Source of the DNA: Marsupella aquatica | Lineage: Eukaryota > Plantae > Marchantiophyta | NCBI GenBank assembly: GCA_973895155.1 | Contig: OZ316896.1 | Coordinates: forward strand, 3,696,738-3,760,737 | Length of the DNA: 64,000 bases | Direction: 5' to 3' | The notes under the pieces: model-generated | The model's input: only the letters and a program-made list of their open reading frames with translations | What the model was told of the DNA's origin: nothing | Database searches by the model: none | Translations under genes and position numbers: made by a program | In this document: positions 1-11,203 of the stretch, piece after piece | Layout of the letters: every line of letters begins with the position of its first letter | Position numbering within the stretch: position 1 is the stretch's first letter

Positions 1-2235
1 AAATCAAAATTTTATGTTACCACAGAAATTGCACCCTGTGTCTTCAATCTACCAAGTAGGTCATGTTCGGTAGACTTTCACTCCGGATTATATTCTTCAT
101 GTATCTACATCTGCTATGTAAGATTAAACTAAGGTCATAATTTATTGTCAACGAGACTGTTCATCACCACATCAAACCATGCTTGCAATATTTGGTTTCT
201 GCATACTTCCTTGCTGCTTGTTTGTTCTTTTTGTGGATGGCCCTGTTTTAAAAGGAACAAAAAAAAACCAGCTCTGGTCAGATTTCCATTAAAACTAAAG
301 ACGGATGTCTTTGATTTTTCTCTCATTTTACCAATTGTATGCATGTTTCTTTTTCATCTGTTCCAATTAAAACAGTTGCACTCAATCAATCTAATAAAGT
401 CAGACATAAAGCTTGGATAAGGGCTACAGTGGAGCCCTAGACCCTGGCTACAGCTGGGGTCGGGAACTGGAAACAGGCACATTGGTATTCACCATCTACT
501 TATGAGCAAAGCTCTGGCATTCAAGGTAGTTTAAAAATCTCTAAGTCTAATTTTCATGGTAGAATAAGCTTAAACATTATCCAGTGGAGCTTAAACATTG
601 AATGCATAACCTCCAATACATCCCCATATGCACGAAGGGTACTCAAAAAATTGGTTTGCTATGTCAAAAATTAGCATTTCTGCAAGACATGTTCTAAAAA
701 GCAGCAGCAGTTTATTTGCTGATCCAAAGTTTGAATCCGTCTTTGTTGCTCAGGTTGCTGGCATTTCATAGTGCTTGGCCAGGCCCTGAAGGTCAGCTAT
801 TTCCATATCTTGGCATCAAAGAACTGCAATGGTATATCATCTGGCAGGGAAAACAAAGCCCTCCAGCCCCCCAAATGGCCCAATAACTGGCTGTCGAGCA
901 GGAAAGTTTGCTGGCCAGTTATTTTTCTCCCTAACTCTGGTGCAAAGCAAAACAGGTCTGTCTGCTAAAACACTTCGTTTTAGAGTGAGGGTCTGATAGC
1001 AGCTGCTGGTGTGGTTGCTCTAATATGAGTGAGTGGAAATGGGACTGTTATTTCTTAAAACAGAGGAGGTGTTTGTGTAGCATGTTCAGTTATGAATAAA
1101 TATGTTCAGTTGGGCTTGCCAAGGTCAAACATGATGAATTCAGAGACTCAGACGTCCTTGCTAGTGTCAAACAGAGTTTCTGCATCGAAATAGGTTATGT
1201 GTCATTTTGATAAGTAACTTTCCATGTAGATCTTCTTAACTTTTGGTGTAGACTGACATAACATTAAATATTTTCACCTGAGGATGGACAAAGCACTGTT
1301 TCACCAAAACAGTTGAGCATTTAATATTATAGAAAGGTGCTACCTGAGCAAAAGGTAATGTTCCAGAGTCCATGCGGGTTGTAATTGTGCATCCCAGCAT
1401 TATGTCATCCAAGTCAAAATAGACATTTGGCCAAGTTTCATCAGGGTTGTCAAAATTAGTCTGGGCATTTTATCATAGTTGGAAGTCCATTTGGGCTTCC
1501 ACTTCTAGTCAGACAGGCAAACTTCAACAAACAAACATATAAGATAAAGAGGCGGTAAGGGCGAAAAACATGCAAACAGAAAAACAATCTACTCTATATT
1601 TCCCTTTTGGTTAGGCACGTCAATTCTAATTACCTTCATTATGAGAACCACTAGAAACAAAAATGCACATCATCCACACTCTAGCAAAAGGAATTTGACC
1701 CTCGAAATGTAAGGTTATACCCAAGTAGGAATATGTACAGTTTGGGGTACAGCCTCCCATAAATATACGTTACAAATGTAGTAACTGGTCGAAAGTTGGG
1801 AAAGGAATTATGGTCATCTAACGCCCTCACCAACCCATAGAGTAGCCCATGTGCTTGCTTGATGGACGAGAGAACATTCCATTGATACACTTCGTCCAGG
1901 AGCTTTATGTGCTACCAATTAATGCCATATGAGAAAGTATAACGCCAGGATCTGAGTTGGGGCTTTTGGTACTGCTAACTACTCTGATCCAGCTGGACTG
2001 TTGGAGCTCTGGGTGGCTAAGCATTGGACAGCGACTTCACTCCATTTTGACGTTGAAATGTGAAAGGTTTTTACACTAGAACATGGGAAACAATGACACA
2101 AGAGGATGTTTGAATGGTCCTTCCAACATCCTCTCGTGTCATATCTTTGACATGTTCTAGTGTCAACATAGTTACATGTCAAGTTAGTCTTAGCCAGTTT
2201 TTCTAAGAGCATTATGCAATCGTGATTTAGACACG

Positions 2236-2526
2236 GTGACAAGAACAGCAAGATGGATTTTTTTATAATTAAAAAGAACTCTGAGGAGAAAACAAACTAA
2301 GGGTACTCCACAATAGGAGGAAGCAAACCAAACAGCTTCTACTTTGGAGACTGGTTAAGTAAATTCCTGTATTTGGTTTGGTAACAAGAACAGCAAGATG
2401 GATTTGTTTTTAATTAGATAAAACTCTGAGGAGAAAACAAACTAAGGGTACTCCACAATAGGAGGAAGCAAACCAAACAGCTTCTACTTTGGAGACGGGT
2501 CAAGTAAATTCCTGTACTTGGTTTGG
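2236..2526. repeat. Tandem duplication, 2 x ~145 bp
   Basis: GT(G/A)ACAAGAACAGCAAGATGGATTT...GGGTACTCCACAATAGGAGGAAGCAAACCAAACAGC...GTAAATTCCTGTA starts at 2236 and again at 2381, nearly identical. Confidence 0.95.
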
Positions 2527-4071
2527 GATGACATTAAGTGATGTTCTCCGCTTGATGTCTCTCTACCTACATATTAGTTTTTTTCTTAGTAGAATTTAAT
2601 CCAAGGGAACGAAGCTGATGCCTTTATGGACGAAAACTTCTACTGTAGTCCTCAGGTGTACCAGCACAACCCTAAACCCTAAAACCATAAGCCCTCCGTA
2701 CGAGTCTCCCTTTGCACTTTCACTAAAGGTTATGGGCCACCCATTGTCAGTCTGGACCCAAGATTCCCTGATTTAAATCTCTTTGTTAGTGGCATTACTG
2801 CCACAGCTCCTCCTAAGCATCAACTTTCAAGGAGAGCTTACACTCAGTAACTCATGGGTTGTTTGGAGGTTATAGGCCCTATAACCCGCTTGAGCTCACC
2901 GCCATTGGGGATAGCAAAGCAATTTACACTACTCTGTTTGGTGCAGGGGATGTCAATGCGGTACTCCCAGTAAGTGTAGATAAGCCTAGTTCCCTCTTCT
3001 TGTTAGTAACAATAATTTCACACTTGCACTCATTAGACTCTAACACACTAATTTCAAACTTGCAGAAATTAGATTCTAACACCAAGAGGGATGAGGGTGT
3101 AGGGGGTGTAGCTATGTATTGCACTCCAATCATGGTACTGCCATTGTATGGTAGAAGGCTATGCTAGTAAACTGTACATTGATCTACAGGAGTTGCACTT
3201 GAAGCCCAACGAATCCAGTCTGCACGGTATGATTACTCTGAGGTGAACGTCAACTAAAGCATCATGTCCTGCCTTTGTGTTGTTGTACAATCATATGACC
3301 TGTTCCTCTTACATCCAGCATCCTATTGGATTTTACTAGAGCAAAATCACCTATAATTATTGGATTATTACCTTAAATTGGCACATTTATTGGAGAATCT
3401 GACACTTTCTATAATTCTATCACACTTAGAGGAGAGTGAGGGCGGATGAGAGCACTTGGGAATAGAAAGGGCAAAACCCCGCCCTAGCAGACCAGCAGTT
3501 GGGTGGGTGAGTTTAACCTGAGGGGAATGACGACCATCCTATTATCAGATCTAACAATCTCAAGGCCATAAGATCTGAATGCAACCCCCCTAACTGGATT
3601 GGCGCCTTGGGCAGGAGAAAACCCCCGCCTATTTTATAGCAAGGAAACATCTATTTCTTTGAAGGCTGTGGTCTCCTTTCCTAAATTAAAATTTAAAGTT
3701 TCCATTCCTCCCCAAAATATAAAAAATAAAAACTTAATAATAACAAGTGGGACCCTCTATGACTGATCGGACTACTTGGGTGTGGGTGTCCAAACTCAAT
3801 TTGCCCAAAAAATGTCCACCAAGACCAAGAGAATGGTCTCCTTGGAAAGAAGAAGAAAATAATTTAATGCGGAATAATCTGTACACTGTCCACCTCTGAA
3901 AGGTGATGGGCAAACTTTCACTTTCTCCCTGGATATGCAACACAGTACAGTGTTACTAGGTTTTTTAGAAGATGTTTGAAAAAATCTTTCCCAGTAGTCG
4001 AATACCATCAGTTTTCATTCACCGTTGAGAGAGTCACTAATTTCCAAAGATGTCTCTTGTTTCGGTCAGAG

Positions 4072-4410
4072 TCTCTCTCCTGTGCAGTGTGTATCATAGG
4101 AGCATTAAAGGGGATTGGCTACAGTAGTTGGTACATATCTCTCTCCTGTGTAGTGTACTAGTGTGTATCATCATGTGTAGTGTGTATCATCAGAGCATTA
4201 AAGGGGTTTGGCTAGGTGGTAAAACATCCAGGTGTGCTGGCAAACATTGATGTCCATCTCGGCTTCAATTTCCAGAAAACAAGTAGAAAAGAGACAAAGA
4301 TACATGATGTGGGGGGTGATTCTTTTGGTCTTGGTGGAACTTTTATACAGAGACAAAAATACATGATGTGGGGGGGGGTGGTGATTCTTTTGGTCTTGGT
4401 GGAACTTTTC
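4072..4410. repeat. Two adjacent short tandem duplications
   Basis: TCTCTCTCCTGTG..GTGTATCAT..GAGCATTAAAGGGG.TTGGCTA occurs twice; AGAGACAAA.ATACATGATGTGGGGGG..TGATTCTTTTGGTCTTGGTGGAACTTTT occurs twice. Confidence 0.85.
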
Positions 4411-4714
4411 TACATGTCGTCACCAGCAATCAGAATCTTGGGAAAGTGTGTCAATTTTGTGTGCACGGAATGGTATCCAAGTCATTAGTCAAAGTCATGC
4501 AAAAATACCACTACGGTATATATACAAAATCAATGAACCATAGTCATGAAGTAGTAAGTACCTTCTTAAGAAGTCGTCGTTCGTGCACTCCCAATGAGTT
4601 TGTGATTTTAATGATGGACATGGAAATCTGATAACTCTTATTTTGGAGACTAGGGTACTACGCTAGTGAGGTCCTCAGCTGGAATTATTGGGTTTTTATT
4701 ATTTTGTTGTTGTG

Positions 4715-5200
4715 TTATTCTTCCTACAGCAACGAAATCATAATCTCCAATCATTATGTCGTTTTGGTTTTTATTTTTGAGGTTTCATTATATTCTTCTG
4801 TCTGCAACGAATCATCATCTCCAACCATTGTTCCGTTTCTTTTTTTTGTGGTTTCATTATTCTTATTATCAGTAACAAATGGCGTTTTCTCTAACTGTTA
4901 TTCTGTTTCTATTTTTATTTTTGCCGTTTCATTATTCTTTCTGTGGCAACGTCATCTCCAACGATATTCCGTTTCTACTTATATTTTTGTGGTTTCATTA
5001 TTCTTCCTGTCAGCAATGGAAATCATCATCTGCAATATTTTTTCCTTTTGTGTCAATAACGAGATCATCATCCCCAACCATTGCTCTGTTTTCATTTTTA
5101 TTTTTGGGGTTTCCTTTCTTCTTGTCAGCAACCAAATAGTCATCTCCAACCATTATTTCCTTTCTTTTTTTAATTTTGTGGTTTCATTATTCTTATTTTG
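4715..5200. repeat. Degenerate minisatellite, ~70-75 bp unit, 6-7 copies
   Basis: Recurring CAGCAACGAAATCATCATCTCCAACCATT...TTTTATTTTTGTGGTTTCATTATTCTT; accounts for the hydrophobic 211-aa ORF. Confidence 0.85.
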
Positions 5201-5454
5201 CCTTGAAAGCCGAAAGCAGACCCATACAACGGAAAATATACTCTCTTTTTTGGAGCATGCAATTGTATGTAGGGTAGCCACAAGGGAACAATACCCAGGG
5301 ATTGGAAAGGGACCCAGACCAGGAGGGAGAGAGGGTTGAACCAGGGCCCCAAAGCGGATCAACCAGGGGTTGAGGAGAAACTAGGGGTCCCACCACTACA
5401 CCCCACCTACCCTTCCGTACACACACATAGCCTCCACACCCCTTGTGTGTGGAG

Positions 5455-5525
5455 GGGGATTGAGCCTAGGACCTCACAGTTATAGGCGCATCCCCGGCCA
5501 ACTAACCAAAGCCAGGTGGTTGGTT
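5455..5525 (-). mobile_element. tRNA-derived SINE-like head (degenerate)
   Basis: Minus strand reads ...GAGGTCCTAGGCTCAATCCCCC, resembling a T-arm/B-box; shares AGGTCCTAGG with 34041-34050. Confidence 0.3.
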
Positions 5526-5679
5526 TCCTTAATCTTCCTACAAGCCTGAATGCTCACTCTTGAACGTGAATAGAGATAAGAAAAAAAGTATTGCAAAAGA
5601 ATCTATGGTGTTCCCCATCATCTTTGCCCCATCTCTCTTTTCGGTATTGACTTCACTTTCAGTTTTTTTTAATATTTTT

Positions 5680-6135
5680 TTACTAACCTGTCCCCCAAAC
5701 TACCCAATATTACTAATGTGCCCCTAATCAAAATTCATTATCAATTCACCCCCAATTTTGTATTTAATGTAGTACTAACTCGTACATGGGTTTCCATTGC
5801 CATGGGGCAACTTGCTACTGGCTAGCCTTAACCCACCACCACCCCCCTCAGTCCTTCTTCTTCTTCCCCGCTGTGTTTTCCTGAGTTAAAATGACACCAA
5901 GAGTGTCAGATCTTTGTGAGGGGAGTGCGGAGCAAAACATTACATGTTTTTGCCCCTCCAGGACCTGTGGTGGTGACTTTCAACGGGGAAGGGGAGCCAA
6001 GGGGGCTCACATTGGGTTAAGGTTAGCCAGTAACCAATTGCCACCCTACACAGGAACATGTATAAAGTTAATACTACCTCAAATACAAAATGGGGGCGGT
6101 TGATAATATTGGATAGTTTGTGGGACAGGTTAATA
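5680..6135. mobile_element. Non-autonomous TIR element (MITE-like)
   Basis: TACTAACCTGTCCCCCAAACTACCCAATATT (5681-5711) is inverted to AATATTGGATAGTTTGTGGGACAGGTTAATA (~6104-6134); the same end recurs at ~10430-10460; no TSD seen. Confidence 0.65.
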
Positions 6136-6927
6136 GAAAACTATTTGTTATTATTAGTTTTTGTCCTATCCCTATTTTTGGTATGCATTTTACTTTGCAT
6201 TTTGTCATCATTAGTTTTGTCTATATCTAGAGTCATGGTCTAGTGTCTTCACTCTAGAAGTATAGACCCCAATTCTAGCTTGTGTTGACTCTTTATAAAT
6301 AAGATCTCTGACAAATCATCATCTTGCTTAGGTGGTGTACGTTGCCATATGAAACCTTAACTGAGGTGATCTTTCTCGGTGTGTTCCCTCATCCATCTGC
6401 TTGGATAAACAAATTGATATTATTGTATTAATTTATAATTAACCCAAATCCTGTGCTTAATACACGTCGTCCAACAAAATTCTCAGCGAGATTTTTTATT
6501 TTGTTGGAGTAAGCTAGGCACTGCGGCAACATCAACTAATGACAAAAGAAAAAACCTTGAAAGATGCATCGTGGCACCCTCTCGTTGGGAAAATCCTACA
6601 CAGAGAGAAGGATAGAGGAGGAAGAAAATAAGCATGATGATGAAAGGGTGCAGGTTGAAAGGGGAGAGAAATTGCAGGAACAAAATAAACCTCTGGGCTT
6701 GTTGTGCCAAGTCTCCACCAGCACATGCTCTCATTATCTCTCAAGTGGCTTCGTAACAATGAACTTGAGTTCCTTCACACAATCAGACACTTGCTTGCGT
6801 ATATAGTATGCATCACAACTAACGTAGCCAAGTCTCCAGATCCAGTTAGCCTAACTCTGGTTAGAGTAGTTATTCTGAACCTAAGAGTAATGTCCAACAA
6901 CATCTGGTGAATATTGCAAGATTGATC

Positions 6928-7132
6928 CTTGGGGGTCTCACTTTTGCAAGAACAACACAGTCATCTGCTGCGACAACACATAGGCTTTTTTTAATTGGTA
7001 GGGTAGACATAAAATGGTTTTTAAGAACATTAGGGTTTTTGAACGCAATGTTGTATATGGTTTATACGTTTGTAATCAACCTACAAAACATTTCAGGCGA
7101 TGTGAGGGGCTCGATATAGTGAGACCCCTGAG
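6928..7132. mobile_element. Diverged MITE, GGGGTCTCACT...AGTGAGACCCC family
   Basis: Perfect 11-bp inverted ends; the right end resembles the ends of the elements at 33140-33424 and 34212-34495. Confidence 0.55.
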
Positions 7133-8764
7133 CTCACTTGAAAGATCTTGTTTCTACAAGGAGACTTTTATCTCATGGCTATTTTTCCATTGTTTACTCA
7201 ATCAAATGGCCTATAATTGATGCCATTGGAAAGAGCAACTTGAGACTCTTTCCACCCACATAATCTGTGCTGATAGAATACAAATAGAGAAGGGGGGGGG
7301 GGGGGAGTTTAGTAGAGGTGCAAGCTAATAAAAATTGGACGCCATTGGTTTGTAGAGTGCAATCCTTGTAGCGTACTTACATGGATCTTTTCTTTGCCAC
7401 AGTCACCTCCTTAGGTGTGCTCTTGTCTTGGTTAAGTAGCCACCAAATCCCCTTTGCAACTCTATCTTTCCTGCTTTGGGCTAGTAACTCAGTTTTGCAC
7501 CCGCTGCACATTGTTTCAATCAGGTTGTTGAGCTCTTTCCATTGAATGCTTAGATAAATGACTATTTTTTGTTTGAATAGCAATGTCCCTCCGTGTGGCT
7601 GCACATACCCTGTTTCAAGAGTTTGAAGTTCCTATTTTCTCCTATTCTTTCCTGGCTCTAGGAGCACAGAGGACCCCAATTCCCCTCCCAACTTGAAATA
7701 TAGCTCTCCTGGTTCTCTCCATATGACTCTTCCTCCAGCTTCCCCAGACCCTTCCAGTTGTCACCTTAGGCAGAGTCATCTTTGGACGTCTTAAGAGCCT
7801 TGCTAAGAAATCTGGCCTCGAAGTGTCCCACCAAACCTCTTTTGCCCTATAAAATATGCCAGGCAACTACTTTAACTTATCAATTCTCTTTTACAATAAT
7901 TAATAAAAACTACTGGGCTAATTGCAGAGTTGGGCAACTGGGACCCTCTACACACAAACCAAACCCAGAACAAATTTGGAAGTAACCAAGGCGAAAACAG
8001 GGCAAAGCCCATACAACAACAGGAAACCTGAAAGTGGTTGACCATGAAAAACTGTTCAGAACAAAGACCAGCTAGTCTCAAGGAAAAAGTCACCTGAAAG
8101 GGTAGCAACAATACTTCAAAAAAACAATCAAAGACGAAACAAGAACCCAAGTGAAAATCACGGTTTGCCATTAACAGAGCCAACCAGTACCAGAGAAGCC
8201 AATCTCAATGTGTTTCCTCCATAGAAAATTGTCATATGAGAAATGAATGGAATCTAGTAGAGAAAAATTGCCACAGAAAAGCAGTCCCATGCAACTGGTT
8301 TGAGAAAACTTTCAATCAGTTTATAGTTTTCCTTATAATTTTGAATACAACTCCTATGTGTGCAAAGGCCCTCTAGAGATGGGTTGGAGCAGAATCTGGG
8401 TGTTAAGCATTGAGATAGGTGGCAGGGCTGTGGTGCGCTGGTTGGGCCAATTGCCTTATAACTAATCTCTCGCACATGAAAATTTTGTACAATTACATGA
8501 CCGATCAACAATAGTCATCAAGTTTACTTGCCCAAACTTGCGTACTTGCCCTGCATTTGAGATAATAACTCACCCTGCATTTGAATAGAAATACTGGTAG
8601 ACTTTTGTGGTTTCCCCTGGTGGTTTCAGTCACTTAGGTGTAGCTTCAGATAAGTGACCAGAAAGCTCTGGGCAGGGTCACAAGTAAAAAAATCAATGGT
8701 TCATAAATAGTGGCCACTCCACTAACTCAGGAGGTCAATCAACTGGCTTCCACACTACCATATT

Positions 8765-10460
8765 AAATATGGGGTAGTTTGGGGGACGCATTATGATTAA
8801 TTTTGTTTGGGGGGCATGAGTCATCGAACTCGACTACCTTAACCCTTAGCTCCGGCGTTACTGACTTAGATGTCGAGCTCCCTTATGGTCTAGGCCCGGA
8901 TAGGCCATTCGGGGAGGACTTAGCATGGGGAGACTTGTGGGCAATGTGGCGTGGCACTGGCAAAGGCAAGGCGCTAAGTTGGTGACGCACACTAAGGACT
9001 TAGACTAGCTAAGGGCTGGTCGGGTCAAGGGGGAAGGGGTTGGGTTCAAGATCGACTGTCCGGACCCCCAGACGGACTTTGAGTTCTGGTGGCTTGAGTG
9101 AAAGCTCCTCTTGGGCCCAAGGCCAATGGAGTTGACTTTATGGGCAACGGATGCTTGGGGCATGAGTGATGGCCTAATCCGGGTTTGGCCGATCGGGGGC
9201 CTCGGGCGACGATGGGATCTGAGAGCTCAGGCATGAGCATTGAGTTGGCCCGATTGCAACGGGCTAAGGCACTCCGCTTGCGGACGCCTAACTAGAAAGT
9301 TATGGGCATTGTCAGTTGGTCCGCGCCCAGACATGCGGGTTGGGGTCCAGGTGGGGGGCCAAAATTTGGGGACCAAAGTTGGTCAGGGGGTGGCAGGTCT
9401 CCAGAAGGGTAGTGGTGTCTCCCTGGGGGCTAAAGAGCGAGCCAAAATTGTGGGCCGTGGCGGTCGCGACACTAAGGGAAAATGTCAAACTAAATGACAA
9501 TAAGTTCTTAACGGGAAGTCTGTTGGGGGACTTCTTGGGTGTGTTAGAAAGCTCTCAAGGAGGGCTACATCTACATGAACTCAACTGGGTCTAGGGGTGC
9601 CATAGGTTCTTGGGGCTTGCAGGGGCTATCTCGCCCGCTTGCCAAATCCAGCCGAAATAGCAGCTAAGCCGCGTTTAGTCTCTCAAGGAAGCTTACGTTG
9701 GGGAGGCAAGGCCAAGTAGGCGTGGAGGTAGAGTTACAAGGGCACTTGGCCCCTAGACCATGAGTGGGGCGAGAAACAAGAGTTGGTTGCTATAGTTGGG
9801 GCCATTCTAGCCCCAACGTGTTGGAACAAGTTTGAGACAAATTTTAGGACAAGTTATGCTATTTGGGCCATGAACAAGTCCTAGGGGCAGGGCGGTCAGT
9901 TGGTGATGGATAGGTTCGAGGGGGAACCCTGGTTGTGCCCAAGGAAGGAGTTGTTCTGGATGAACAATGGGTATTGGCTCTGGTTCCGGTTTATGGCATC
10001 GGGAGGACCTATCGTTGACCTACTTACCAATGTCTATTGAGCTTGAGTTAGGATGCTAGACTTGGGAGATCTAGATCCTGAAGGGTTACTTACCGAGACG
10101 CTTGGTTGCTTGTGAAAACTGTGAGGACCGTTGAGTAGTGGTCGAGCTTAGGGGCAAGTGCGGTTTCGTATGGGAGGGGCCTCAGGTGGTGCAAGGGACA
10201 CCAGGTTGCTTGCCCAAGGTATTCCTTGGAGGCGTTCGGGCACCAGGGCACTTAGGCGTGGGTGCTGGGATTGGTGGGGTGCTGGGTGGCAAGGTCTACC
10301 ACTGCATGTCAATAATATTGCGTAGTTTGGGGGACGCATTGTGATTAATTTTGTTTGGGGGGCATGTCAATAATATTGGGTAGTTTGGGGGAAGCATTGT
10401 GATTAATTTTGTTTGGGGGGCATGTCAATAATATTGGGTAGTTTAGGGGACAGGTTAGTA
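8765..10460. repeat. 58-bp tandem subterminal repeat of the TACTAACCTGTCCCC TIR family, split by an insertion
   Basis: Unit CATGTCAATAATATTGGGTAGTTTGGGGGACGCATTGTGATTAATTTTGTTTGGGGGG at ~8765-8818, 10305 and 10363; partial unit at 10421 ending in GGGGACAGGTTAGTA. Confidence 0.8.
8819..10303. mobile_element. 1485-bp GC-rich nested insertion with 5-bp TSD (solo LTR-like or non-autonomous element)
   Basis: GCATG duplicated at 8814-8818 and 10304-10308; removing the insert restores the 58-bp unit; termini AGT...ACT; abrupt rise in GC content. Confidence 0.75.
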
Positions 10461-10589
10461 TAAAGCTCTTACTAAGTCAATTCACATCAAACTTTGAGAT
10501 TTGAAATGCCCTATTATATTTTCTCTATTTGCTTATGGGACACTAAAATGAAAAGTGTTACTTGATAGTTTCAGTGAGTGATCCAGAAT

Positions 10590-10940
10590 GACGATTGACC
10601 TTGATAGACTTTTAATCACCATACCCAGGTTGACCTTGCTAGACCTTTAATCGCCATACCCAGACTGAGTGATCGAGACAGTTGATTAACCTTGATAGAC
10701 CTTTAATTTCCATACCCAGACTCAGTTGATTGACCTTGATAGACCTTTAATCCCCATACCCAGTGATCCAGACTATTGATTGACCTTTACAGACCTTTAA
10801 TGACCAGACCCACATTTACCTCGCTAGACCTTTAATGACCAGACCCACATTTACCTCGCTAGACCTTTAATGACCAGACCCACATTTACCTCGCTAGACC
10901 TTTGATGACTATACCCAGATTTACCACGCTAGACCTTTAC
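10590..10940. repeat. Minisatellite, ~35-bp unit
   Basis: TGACCAGACCCACATTTACCTCGCTAGACCTTTAA near-perfect at 10801, 10836 and 10871; more diverged GACCTTGATAGACCTTTAAT..CCATACCCAG units upstream. Confidence 0.9.
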
Positions 10941-11031
10941 CCAAAACCTCTGTTTTATGAAAAACCTTTCATCGGTGTTTTACATTTGACGAAGTGCTGT
11001 GTTTCCGCCGAAGTGCTACTGTTCGTTGGTG

Positions 11032-11115
11032 TTTAGGGTTTAGTCTTAAGGGTTTAGGCGTGTAGGGTTTCACGAGTGACATTCGCTCGACACTCACTCA
11101 CTCACTCACTCACTC
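11032..11115 (+). promoter_or_regulatory. Telo-box cluster and (ACTC)n tract in the PPAN promoter/5' region
   Basis: TTTAGGGTTT, AAGGGTTT and TAGGGTTT (reverse of AAACCCTA) lie 130-170 bp upstream of the ATG; telo-boxes are typical of plant ribosome-biogenesis promoters. Confidence 0.55.
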
Positions 11116-11203
11116 TCCTTCACCCTGTGATCCGTCTCGTCAACATTGAAGGGCAGCGTTTCGAGTTTCCGATTCTTCTGTGGCTCTAAATCAGTAAGAA
11201 TTC

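Noticed and set aside
600-2000. Possible decayed coding or TE sequence
   Set aside because: Stops in all frames and no motif I could recognise
4704-5339. 211-aa hydrophobic ORF resembling a membrane protein
   Set aside because: It is the translation of a T-rich minisatellite; non-ATG start and no domain
7377-8200. Short minus-strand ORFs suggestive of a retroelement remnant
   Set aside because: No RT, RNase H, integrase or gag motif identifiable
10590-10940. ~35-bp repeats resembling a CRISPR array (also 27963-28092 and 30613-30883)
   Set aside because: Head-to-tail units without unique spacers, no cas genes, eukaryotic context
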